Below, in pieces: positions 11,401-22,574 of a DNA stretch of 64,000 nt. The notes beneath the pieces are model-generated. The model had not been told where the DNA came from. It saw only the letters and a list, made by a program, of their open reading frames with translations, and made no database searches. The number at the start of each line of letters is the position of its first letter. The stretch's first letter is position 1. A program made the translations under genes and the position numbers. Source of the stretch: Chrysemys picta bellii (Eukaryota); NCBI RefSeq assembly GCF_011386835.1, contig NC_088791.1, positions 350,858,001-350,922,000 of the forward strand. Reading direction: 5' to 3'.

Positions 11401-13029
11401 GTTTTCTTTATTCATGTGTCTGGTTCCCACCACCAGACTCCCACTATTTACAGACTATGTTTAGGTCTGGCCTTAGTGGCAACATAGTAACAGGTTCCCA
11501 GCCCCTTCTGAGCCTACTCTCCCCTCCTGGTCTCCACCCCCCAAGACTCACTTCCTCCCAAGCTTTTAGACCCTGTTAATGAGGCTGGTAGGTGTGGCCA
11601 GTAAACTGGTGGTGGGAACCAGAAATGAACTGTGACCGTACAGATCAATGTTGCAACCAATGTCCTATAGTTGCACTGTATCATTTTTGTATTTGAAGTT
11701 ATGAATATTGGCTATGTACTTGTATCTCAATGTGCTTGATTCTAAGTGGCATCAGTGAAGCATTTGGTCAGCTTCTTGAGAAAGGAGACACACTTAACTG
11801 ACAATGGACCTTGGAAGACTCTAATCCACATCTGAGGAGGCTTCCTGGACAAGCAGCTGGGGGTCTCCTGTTTTCTCTTTGGAAAATATGGTCATCGTAG
11901 TCCAGGGCCTGCTGAGTGTGGGAGGCTGATGGAGGGCTAGTGCTGCCACCTAGGGGTGTGTTCCTGTAGCATGAGGGACAGATCCTCATGATTTGAGCTA
12001 GAGTTAGGCTGGATAACAGAGATATTTCCCCCCACGAAAAATGTTGACCCAAACAAAAATGTTTCCTTTTCACCCATTTTTTTAGGTGAATTTTCATAGA
12101 AAATCAATCATTTTTCTCTGAAAGCTCAGCTGCCATGATGCTGCCCAGCTGCAGCTGCCTGGATCCCCAAGAGAAACTGGAGCCTTTTCATCTGTCGCTT
12201 CCTCATAACGTAAATGAACTTTGCACTAACGGAGTCTATGGCTGCACTCTGGGTATGGAAAGGTCAAAGCTTCCTTCCCAGTCTATGGCTGGGGCATTGT
12301 GCCCATCAGCTACTCTAACCAGCCTTCCAGCTCTGTGCAGCCCCTTCCTCCCTGTACAACTCACCCTTCAGCAGGTCCTGCGGGCAGTGGCTGCTGTGAC
12401 AGGCACTGGAAGCACATCTCTGATGAACCTGTGCTAGCAGGGAGTTGGAGAGTATCCTAGAGCAGTTGTGGCGGCCCAGAGATTGTGGGTGGGGGGCCTA
12501 GCTCCCAGTGGATCACTGAGATCTGAGTCTAGCTATGGGGATCCCTGGGTCCTGGGTCCCCCTTTTTATTCCTCAGAGAGACAGCAAGGGACCTCGCATC
12601 ACAGAACGATCCAAGGGAAATTTCCATTTAGGGAGATTTGTGGAATCGCCCTTCTTGGCCTCCACTCTGGATTTGTAATGCAGGACAGGGGGCTGTCAGG
12701 GAGAAATTTGGTCCTACGTTATCATTAATTAATTATTATTGCTATTATTATAATATTTTATTTCAGCAAGATCACAGCTGTGATGGCATCATGGTTACCA
12801 CTCGGCCGCCCTGGAAGTAGCCCTGTGACTAATTGGAACCATACGAACAGTGATGACAAGCCCAGATTCCAGGAATAGAGCTTGCAGCTGGGCTGGAGCT
12901 GCAGTCCAATTAGGAAGCATCATCCCACGACCCCTGTGATTTGGCCTCCTGCAGTTTGCCATTGGTCATGAGAGGGTTAAAGCTGGTGCACACAAAGCCA
13001 AGCAGCTGAGGTTCCCTGATGGCCAAGTG

Positions 13030-13189
13030 GCCCCCAAGGGAATATGCAGACATGCTTCATAAAGACAGCTGCCTCCCTGTCTGAACAGATACTGCCTGCT
13101 GTCCATTCAGCCTCTCCGATGACTCCTTGTCCTTTAAGGTGAAGATCTCTGGTGTCAGCGGCTCCCCTTCTAGCAGGAATTGGGTACGT
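13030..13189 (+). promoter_or_regulatory. Putative promoter, non-coding exon 1 and donor of OR51 at 16717
   Basis: O/E site CCCCAAGGGA 13032-13041, CATAAA 13058-13063, donor GTACGT 13184-13189. All present in five cassettes. Inferred, with no transcript evidence. Confidence 0.55.
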
Positions 13190-14309
13190 TGGCAGGTTTC
13201 ACTATTTTTACAATGCACAGTGAAGGGGAAAGGCTGCGAGCTCTTTCCATTTGCAGATGTTCTGTGCAGCAGCAGAGGACTCAGCTGGGCTGTTGGGGTG
13301 ACTCAGTGACAGGGGCTGGGGGGCAGGAAGAAACTACCTAGCTTAAGAACCCCTCCCCTGCATCTCCCCATGCTCCATGGTGGACTCTTCAAGCTACAGA
13401 GAAATCTGAGATTCAAAGCAAGCTCAAAGTATTAAAACCCCGATGCCCCGAGTCAGGATTTCTCAAGGGGTCCCATTTCTAGAGGATCCGTGAGCTCTAG
13501 GCCAGATCCTATCAGGGGCTGAGCAAAATAAGACCCCACGGAATCTCAGTGACTAGTTCTCAAATCACCTCAGGTTTATTTGCTTCTGGAAATTTAATCA
13601 GCAAATGCATTTTCAAAGGGTTCATTCTCTAGCTTGATTGTGAACATAGGAATTCAGAGCTGTGTTGCTCTGTGGTAACAGGTCTGATAGGGCTTATTTG
13701 TGTTTCCTGACTGGCTGAGGGCTCCACCACTTCTACCCTGTTGATAATCCTCAGAGTTCCAGGATTACTGGCATCTCTGCCCCTCTCTGGTCTCTGAGTG
13801 CCACATGTCAGGCCTTGGTCCCTGCCCTATCATGGGATGGAATCCACAATCCTCCCACCCTCAGACTGCGCCCTAGAATAGATCACATGGCAGATCGACA
13901 GCTTGCTGAGAGGGTCTGAGTGGGTTCAGCATCTTTGGTTCATCCCTTTGGGAGTCTGAGATGAGTGACCAGCCAGCCTTTTTGAACCAAAATACTGTTT
14001 AATCTGAACAGCAGGAATAAAGCGTAGCATGGGAGAATAAAAGGGTTTTCAAACAACAGTCTGTACACGTCTCTGACCCCAAGCCCTCCCAATCTGGCAG
14101 GGACCTAGGCAGGCCAAGAGCCTTCAGACATGCCCAGTGGTTTCTGTGCCTGTCAGTCTGAAGAGCTTCTTAGCAACAGTTGCCAGACCTCTGGACAGAC
14201 TCCCAGCACTAGCAAAACAAGCTGTGTAATGTGGCTGGAGCCTGGAAATAGGGTCTTCCAAGCTTGTAGCTCCGGTGTTGTCTCTCAACCTCCCTGGGGT
14301 GGCTACTAA

Positions 14310-14567
14310 GGGCAGGTCTTCACTACAGGGGGCGGTCGATTTAAGATATGCAATTTCGACGTATCAGAGCAGACTTACCCCGCTGTGAGGGCGGTGGTAA
14401 AATCAACCTCCACGGCTCCCCGTTGACGACGCTTACTCCCACCTCTGCTGGTGGAGTAAGAGCGGCGATTTGGTGATCGATTGTCGCGTCCCGACGAGAC
14501 GCAATAATTCGATCCCCGAGAGATCGATTTCTACCCGCCGATTCAGGCAGGTAGTGTAGACCTAGCC
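14310..14567. mobile_element. PIF/Harbinger-type MITE
   Basis: Imperfect 17 bp TIRs (gggcaggtcttcactac / gtagtgtagacctagcc), TAA TSD at 14307-14309 and 14568-14570. Absent from the paralogous cassettes. CpG-rich. Confidence 0.85.
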
Positions 14568-16636
14568 TAAGAGATGGCTTTTCTTAAGTTGTTGCTTCCC
14601 TTCCTTCATGTTTTCCAGCAGCCTGCTGTTAAACTAAGAAGAACCACAGGTTTAACCCAATATAGTCATAACATAAACATCCCAATAGTTAACCCAATAT
14701 AACTCTACAGCAAATATCCCAACAACTGGGTTTAACATACACATTCATTATGGCAGCTCAGCTCCACGTCTGTCCCAATCCCATTCCCGGGTGCTATGGA
14801 TTTTATGAATACAGGACAAAAAAGAGTCAGAGAAAGAGAGAGCAATAGACTACTTTCATGTGGGAATTTCCACTTCCATGAATATTCATGCATTTGACAT
14901 TGAAATTCATTTCCTGCAAACACTCATTGCAGCTGAATAATCGGTGCTGGGGTTACTATGTATGAGAGTGTGGGAGCTCAGGGAATGGATATTTTCTATA
15001 CTGATCCCAATGCCTGTTACCACTCCAGGTACAGGCTACAGACTGACAGAACAGAACCTGGGGAGAACCAGTCAGCTATTAACCCAGTGACAGAGGAGCT
15101 ACTAGACTTTTGTTTGCTGAAAAGTGACTGAATGAGGGCTGAGATGCTGCAAAATTTTCAGGTTCTGAAGAAATCCAAATGACAGATGCTACATTTTAAG
15201 TCCCACTCTAACCTGAGAAATCAGCTCCGAAAGAAGATGAGAGAGAAAAGAATGGGTTGACATTCTTATAAATGTTATGCCAAATATTCCAAATACTGTT
15301 TACAATTGGTTTTGCTATTAACTCTTTTTTCAGTGAAAAGTTGTATGATACTGTCTCCTGGTAAACTCATGAGAAGGTGTTTCAAACATTTATATTCAGG
15401 GTCTGGCACACAATAACTGCAGTACCTGTGCAAGACTTTCCAAAAAGTCCTGAAAGAACAAAACTGCTGGTCTGTGTTTCAGCAAAGAGTAGAGCTGGGG
15501 TGCAGGAAAGGAGCATGTTATAGTCTTTTTAAATAATTTATGCCCATCAGCTGTCACACGGACATGGCTGAGGTAACTTGCCCACTCAACTGGATATTAG
15601 TTGAAACCTAGTGTTTGCACTATTCATCTATGTGTGGGGCCAAACCCTCCCCAGCCGAGCTGAAGTAACTGTCCATGTCAGCTTGTAACTTCCGAAATAT
15701 CTATAGACCCTTCGTGGGGAGAGGATACAGGTCCTGTGCGGATGAAGAGAAGCCTTTAGGATGATTGAGCTCTCTGGATTCAGTCAACATTGGCCAGGCT
15801 AAGCACCTCAGCTTGCGGGTCAGAATATCACCAGGAGCATTTTGTAAGGGAAAGTTAATAGAGTCCGGTTCTGATAGAATTTACCATGTAAATGTGGAGT
15901 GATGTAGTTAAAGTCACTGTTATTGAATTAAGCACCTGTCACTAAGAATTTATCCCATGTATTGGAAAGAGTCAATGGCATAATTTAGACTCTCAGGAGT
16001 GGAGAAAATTAAAAAAATATATATAACGAGACAATGAAATAAATTTATATATAGCTTCAACGCAAGACCGATAACTACAATAATCATATTTCCCATGCAT
16101 TTGCCATGTGTTTACTCACATATCATGATACAATAAGCCACAGTCAGAAGTGGAGGTGTCTGTGGTAAGGTCACAATTGTAAAATCACACAGTGTTCAAA
16201 TGGACTGTGTCACTCCCAGCCTATGGATGTCAATGGGGCCAAAAGCTTAGCAGGATTCAAAGAGGGACTGGGTGCTTATCTGCATAACAAGGACATCCGA
16301 TTACATTAGTGAGGACTTTTTTTTACAAAAAACGTTTTGGATGGGCGATAAACCTTCCTGATTTAAACCACAAAATATGTCAAACTAGTGAGTGTCCGGG
16401 GGAAACTTTCCTTGGGAGCAGGTTTTCCCGTAGCTTCTTACTGCAGGGCTGTTTCCACCTTCCTCTGAAGCATGTGGAACTGGTCACTGGTTGCTGGGCT
16501 GGATGGCCTGCAGGTCTGATCCAGTCTGGCAGTGCCTATCTTCCTATCAGTGGTGTAAATCCAAGACTATATTTATGCTGATCTTCCTTGAGCTCCTGGG
16601 AGTCTATAGACTTGAACTGAGAGCAGAAAGATGCCT

Positions 16637-16676
16637 CACTAATTATCATCTAGTCTCCTGTTCTTTTTCCTTTTAG
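16637..16676 (+). promoter_or_regulatory. Branch point, polypyrimidine tract and 3' splice acceptor
   Basis: CACTAAT at 16637, then tgttctttttccttttAG ending at 16676, 40 nt before the ATG. The same spacing occurs in all intact paralogs. Confidence 0.7.
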
Positions 16677-16716
16677 GAAGAAAATTTCAAAACTCCTTGG
16701 ACGTACCCAGTACATT

Positions 16717-17652
16717 ATGTCAGCTGTCAATGACACCAACTTCAAATTTGCAGTGTTCCTTCTCACTGGGATACCTGGGCAGGAAGACGTCTATCTGTGG
16801 ATCTCTATCCCCTTCTGCATGATGTATGTTATTTCAATAGTAGGAAATTCAGTCATTCTGTTCATTATAAAAATAGATCCAAGCCTCCATGAGCCCATGT
16901 ACATTTTTCTTTCCATGTTGGCCATCACAGACCTTGCCTTATCTATATCCACCATACCAACGATACTGGGCATATTCTTGTTTAATATTAGGGAGATCAG
17001 CCTCAATGCCTGTTTTGCCCAGCTGTTCTTCATCCACTCACTTCAGTGCATTGAATCCTCCGTGCTCTTGTTGATGGCCTTTGACCGCTTCACTGCAATC
17101 TGTAACCCACTGAGATATGCTTCCATCTTAACCCTGACAAGAATATCCAAGATGGGATTGGTGTGTGTGCTAAGAGGGGTGGCTGTAATATTCCCACTCC
17201 CCATTCTCCTGAAACGGTTCCAATACTGTCGAGCCAATGTCCTCTCCCATTCCTACTGTCTGCACCAGGAGGTCATGAAAATGGCTTGTGCGGACATCAC
17301 AGACAACAGCATCTATGGCTTATCTGTTGCATTCTTTACAACATGGTTGGACTCGCTGCTCATCTTCCTCTCTTATGTGATGATCCTCAAAACAGTGCTG
17401 AGCATCGCATCCAATACAGAGTGCCTGAGGGCCTTGAACACCTGCGTCTCTCACCTCTGCGCTGTCCTTCTCTTCTACATACCAGAGTTCGGCTTGTCTC
17501 TGGTACATAGATTTGGGAATAGCTCTTCTCCCTTACTTCAGATTCTCCTGGGCTACATCTACCTGCTGGTTCCGCCCCTGATGAACCCAATTGTGTACAG
17601 CGTGAAAAGTAAACACCTTCGTGCGAGGATAATCAAGGTGTTTGTGAAATGA
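16717..17652 (+). CDS. Class I olfactory receptor, OR51 family (311 aa)
   Basis: LHEPMYIFL, MAFDRFTAICNPLRY, SHSYCLHQ, RALNTCVSHL, VHRFG, PPLMNPIVYSVK. Uninterrupted ORF. Confidence 0.95.
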   Translation: MSAVNDTNFKFAVFLLTGIPGQEDVYLWISIPFCMMYVISIVGNSVILFIIKIDPSLHEPMYIFLSMLAITDLALSISTIPTILGIFLFNIREISLNACFAQLFFIHSLQCIESSVLLLMAFDRFTAICNPLRYASILTLTRISKMGLVCVLRGVAVIFPLPILLKRFQYCRANVLSHSYCLHQEVMKMACADITDNSIYGLSVAFFTTWLDSLLIFLSYVMILKTVLSIASNTECLRALNTCVSHLCAVLLFYIPEFGLSLVHRFGNSSSPLLQILLGYIYLLVPPLMNPIVYSVKSKHLRARIIKVFVK

Positions 17653-17978
17653 AGGGTCAGTTCATCACCTGGCTTCAGTGCTGGTGACACCAGAAATAAA
17701 AACAAGGGCCACCTATTCCATCCTGGACCCTTATATCTGAGATGACATGAGCTACTGATTTCATTCTGTAGAGCGCAGTTCTGATGGGGTATGAGGCCTG
17801 GAGCAATGGGTCAGGGGCTGGTGATGGAGGACAATGCACTTGGGGAAGGAGAACAAGGCAGGCAACAGCATTTACAAAGTGACTGTGTTCGTGGAGAGCC
17901 AGGGCAACAATAGGAGTTTGGCCCATAAATAGCTGTATCAGTGGCTGCTCCGACCTCAGAATTCCTCTCGATACAGTC

Positions 17979-17984
17979 AATAAA
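17979..17984 (+). terminator. Polyadenylation signal AATAAA (conserved in OR51 cassettes)
   Basis: Followed by a GT-rich tract. Homologous sites at 28503, 34217(-), 48144(-) and 53932(-), all about 315-335 nt past the stop. Confidence 0.6.
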
Positions 17985-18789
17985 GAGAAGGGATTTGAAT
18001 GTTGTTTCCTATTACACCTGACCTGTCACTATCCCGTCTCTGGTTAAATATCCACGGGCCATGAGAAAAGCTGCAGAGCTGTTCTGTAGTTGCAGTCCTG
18101 GTCCTTCCTCCGCGCTCTGGGTGCTGCATGATACATGAGCACAAACACCCACCCTTCCCCTACTTCTTCAGCTAGGAGACCCAGGAGAAGCCATTCACAC
18201 AGCCCCCCCCCCCCCCCCCATTCCATTGATGTCTCCGCGGACAGAACACCAGCCGAATCCACTCTGCACAGAGGCAGAGCCGATGTGCGTGTGTGTAAGG
18301 GTCTGACACAGAGGAGTCCTGGCAAGAGACTCAGGCCCAGATTCCCTACCCAGCCCTTCTGTTTGTGCTGCCCCATCTGCTTGGATAGGGGTTGAGATGG
18401 TCCTCAACTCCCCCACAGAGGCACAGCTAGCTCCTATCCCAGCCCAGCCCAGCCCAGCCCAGTCTGTGTAGGGTGACAAGAGCAGGACAGATGTAGGCAG
18501 GATCCCCGTCCCCTCTGTGACCCTGACACTCTTCTTTCCACTTGAAGCCCCATGCCCTGTTCCGGAACTTTCTTTGAGGCCCCACTCTCTGCCCCATCTA
18601 TTCCTCCAAGATTCCTCCTGTAAAATCGATCTCTCTGTAGTTAATAAACTTGTTTTATGCTTTATCATAACCATTGTGCTTTGAATGAAGTGTCTGGGAA
18701 AATCTCAGCTCTGTAAGCAAAGGCTGTTGCATATCTTTCTCACATTGAGGGTAAAGCAACCTATATTAATGAGTTTGCATTATACAGAC

Positions 18790-18965
18790 AGTTTTTCCTA
18801 AGCTCCAACCTAAATCTCCCTTGCTACAATTTAAGCCCATTGGTTCTTATCCTGTCCTCAGAGGTTAAGGAGAATAATTTTTTTCCCTCAGCCTTGTAAC
18901 AACCTTTTAGGTACCTGCAAACTGTTATCATGTCCCCTCTCAGTCTTCTCTTTTCTCCATGAGAA
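18790..18965 (-). mobile_element. CR1 fragment
   Basis: tttttccctaagctccaacctaaa..ttgc..aatttaagcccattg matches the reverse complement of the CR1 ORF2 3' end. Confidence 0.7.
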
Positions 18966-19169
18966 GACACAGGCTATTCCCAGGGGGCAGCTTAGAGTCC
19001 CAGCAGAGGAGGCGCGGTGTGGTGGGGGGTAGTGCCTCTGGCTGGCCCGGGGCTCCTCCCACTGTGGAGCGGGGCTTTGGGATCCCAGCCTCAGGGTCTG
19101 GGGAGGCTCTGGGGATCTCTGAGATGTGGCAGCTGGGGCTGGCGGCATTAGCCTCCCCAAAGGGGGGCT

Positions 19170-19990
19170 GCCTCACTGCCCATGTTGGGAACCATTAGGA
19201 AAGGGATAGATAACGAGAGAGAAAGTATCATATTGCCTCTATATAGATCCAAGGTATACCGACACTTTGACTTTTGCGTGCAGATCTGGTCACCCCATCT
19301 CAAAAAAGATATATGTGAACTGAAAAAAACAAAACAGAAAAGGGTGCCAAAAATATTTAGTAAAAAGCAACAGAGGGTCCTGTGGCACCTTTGAGACTAA
19401 CAGAAGTACTGGGAGCATAAGCTTTCGTGGGTAAGAACCTCACTTCTTCAGATGCAAAAATATTTAGGGGTATGGAACAGCTTTCAGATGAAGAGAGGTT
19501 AAAAAGACTGGGATTGTTCAGCTTGGAAAAGAGATGACTAAGGAGGGATATGATAGAGAAAGCGAATATTGACGTGTTACTTACCCGTTCACAAGAACCA
19601 AGGGTCACCCAAATGAAGTTCATAGGCAGCAGGTTTAAAACAAACAAAAGAAAGTACTTTTCCACACAACCTACAGTCAGCCTCAGGAACTCATTAACTT
19701 GGAATGGGGTGACTCCAAAAGTATAACCGGGTCTAAAAAAGATGTAGATGAGTTAATGGAGGATAGGTCCATCAATAGCTATTAGCCAAAAAGGTTAAGG
19801 ATGCAGCCCCATGTTCTGGGTGTCCCTAAACCTCTGACTGCCAGAATCTGGGAGGAGACACAGGGGATGGATCACTTGATAATTGGCCTGTTCTGTTCAT
19901 TCCCTCGGAAGTATCTGCACTAGCCAATGTCACAAGACAGGACACTCGGCTAGAAGCACCATTGGTCTGACCCAATATGGCCGTTCTTAA
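19170..19990 (+). mobile_element. CR1 3' fragment shared with cassettes C and D, interrupted by a mini-PLE
   Basis: MLGTIRKGIDNERESIILPLYRS (ORF 19182). Its 3' end (ggccgttctta) joins the same flank as in cassette C at about 40700. Confidence 0.85.
19361..19455 (-). mobile_element. About 95 bp Penelope-derived mini insertion containing a hammerhead motif
   Basis: 13 bp TSD CAAAAATATTTAG at 19348-19360 and 19455-19467. Minus-strand GCAU-CUGAAGA-A-GUGAGGU(UCUU)ACCCAC-GAA-AGCU-U-AUGC at 19415-19455. Confidence 0.8.
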
Positions 19991-21127
19991 ATTGTGCCAC
20001 CAATGGATGGGGTGCTGCGGACAGGCCTTTTCCAGGAGCTCCCTGTGTTGCAGATCTGGCGTAGCCACCCTAGCAGACATCCAGGTGCTGCTCTGTGTAA
20101 GAAGCTGATGGGGGTGAGTGCTGCCACCTAGGGGCTTAGTTTTGTAGTACAAGTGACAGAGGTTCATGGTTTGAGCTAGAGTTGGGCTGGAAAACAGAGT
20201 CCCTCCTCCCCCCTCCCCCATGAAAAAAAATGATTCAAACTAAAATGTTTTATTTTCATCCATTTTTGGGGGTGAGTTTTCACAGAAAACAGATAATTTT
20301 TCTCTGTAAGCTCAGCTGCCATGATGCTGCCCAGCTGCAGCTGCCTGGATCCCCAAGAGAAATTGGAGGTTTTTCATCTGCCTCTGCTCATAACGTAAAT
20401 GAAGGTTGCACTGACGGAGTCTATGGCTGCACTCTGGGTATGGAAAGGTTGAAACCTCCTGCCCAGTCTATGGCTGGGGTATTGTGCCCATCAGCTACAC
20501 TAACCAGCCTTCCCATCTCTGTGCAGCCTCCTCCACCCTGTGCAACACTCCCCACAGCAAGACGTGCGGGCAGTGGCTATTGTGACAGGCCCTGGTAGCA
20601 CATCTTTGATGAGTCTGTACTAGCAGGGAGCTGGAGAGGGGCCTAGAGCAGTTGTGGAGGCCCACAGATTGTGGGTGGGTGGGCCTAGCTACCAGTGGAT
20701 CACTGAGATCTGTATATAACTTTGGGGATAAAGGAGTCCTGGGTCCCCCATTTCATTCCTCAGGGAGAAGGGAAGGGACCTCCCCTTCTGGAATGATCCG
20801 AGGTAAATTTTCATGTGGGGAGTCTTGTGGAATCTCCCTTCCCTGGTCTGAACCAAGAGTTTGTAATGCAGGAAAGGAGGCTGCCGGGGACAAATAGAGT
20901 TGCTGTTGTTAGCTATTAATTATTATTATTATTATTACTATTATTTCAACAGGATTACAGCTGCCCCAGAGGATTCCAGGAATGGAGCCTGCTGCAGGGT
21001 GTTTGCTGCAGTCTAGTTGGGAAGCATCACCGCAAAGCCCCTGTGATTTGGCCTCCTGCAGTTTGCCATTGGCCGTGATGGGGATTAAAGCGGGTGAGCT
21101 TTCCTGAGATACCCTGATGGCCAAGTG

Positions 21128-21284
21128 GCCCCCAAGGGAATGTGAAGCATGCTTCATAAAGACACCTGCTCTGTGTCTGAACAGATACTGCCTGCTACCC
21201 TGCAACCTCTCCTCTGACTCCTTGTCCTTTTGAATGAAGACCTCTGGTGTCAGCGGCTCCCCTTCTAGCAGGAATTGGGTACGT
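21128..21284 (+). promoter_or_regulatory. Putative promoter, exon 1 and donor of OR51 at 25166
   Basis: CCCCAAGGGA 21130-21139, CATAAA 21155-21160, GTACGT 21279-21284. Confidence 0.55.
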
Positions 21285-22574
21285 TGGCAGGTTTCACTAT
21301 CTTTAAAATGTGAAGTGAAGGATAAGGGCTGCGAGTTGTTAACATCTGCAGATGTTCTGTGCAGTTGCAGGGGACTCAGCTGAGCTGTTGGGGTGACTTA
21401 GTGATGGTGGTGGAGAGAGCTTAGAAACCCCTCCCCTACATCTGCTCATGCTCCACAGTGGGCTATTCAAGCTACACAGAAATCTGAGATTCAAAGCAAC
21501 CTCAGAGTATTAAAACCCCAATACCCCAAGTAAGAATTTCTCAAGATGTCCCATTTCCAGAGATGCATGTGCTCTTTGCCCAATCCTGCCAGAGGCTGAG
21601 CGAGAAGAGACCCCAGGGAATATCAGTGACTAGTTCCCAAATCATCTCAGGTTTATTTACTAATGGAAATTAAATCAACAAATCCATTTTCAAAGGTTTT
21701 ATCCTCTGGCTTGATTATGAATGCAGGAATTCAGAGCTGCGTTGCTCTGCGGTAACAAGTCCGATAAGGCATTTTTGTTTCCAGACTGGATGAGGGCTCC
21801 AGCCTTTCTACCCTGTAGATACCCCTCAGAGTTACAGGACTACCTGCATCTTTGTTCCCTCTCAGGTCTCCGAGTGCCAGGCTTTGTAGCCTTCCCTCTC
21901 ATGGGGTGGCATCCTGTGATCCTCCTACCCTCAGACTGAGCCCTGGGCTACAGCATACTGCAGTTCGACTGTGGATCGAGCAGGTCTGAGTGGGTTCGGC
22001 ACCTGCGGTTCTTCTCTATGTAAGTCTGTTAGCAGTGGTGAGATGAGTGACCGGCCAGCCTTCTTGAACCAAAATATTGTTTAATCTGAAAAGTAGGAAT
22101 AAAGCATAACATGGGAGAATAAGTGGTTTTTAAAAAAAAACAGTCTGTAAACTTCTCTTACCCGAAACCTTCCCACTCTGATGGGGACCCAGGTAGGCCG
22201 AGGGCCTTCAGACTTCCCCAGTGGTCTCTGTGCTTGTCAGTCTGAAGAGCTTCTCAGTAACTGCTACCCCACCTCTGAACAGACTCCCAGTGCTGGCAAA
22301 ACAAGCTGTGTAATGTGGCTGGAGACTGGAAATAGGTTCTTCCCAGCTTCGGTGTTGTCTCTCAATCTCCTTGATTTTTTTAATGTGCAATGGCTTTTCT
22401 TAAGCTGTTGCTTCCCTTCCTTCATGTTTTCCAGCAGCCTGCTGTTAAACTAAGAAGAGCCATACTGGTTTCACCCAATAATGCCACAACATAAACGTCC
22501 CAATAGTTAACCCAATCTAGCTATACAGCAAACATCCCAAGATCTGTGTTTAATATACACATTCACTATGCCAC

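Larger units (their letters stand above)
11930..18500 (+). repeat. OR51 duplication cassette A
   Basis: Colinear blocks shared with cassettes at about 19800-26163, 32480-41900(-), 47840-52325(-) and 53545-60130(-). Confidence 0.85.

Noticed and set aside
14877-14890. Perfect palindrome CATGAATATTCATG (POU dimer/MORE-like)
   Set aside because: Imperfect in two paralogs and deleted in two intact ones. Probably chance.
18200-18465. Poly-C run and (CCCAG)n as G-quadruplex regulatory elements
   Set aside because: Simple repeats not conserved in the paralogous flanks.
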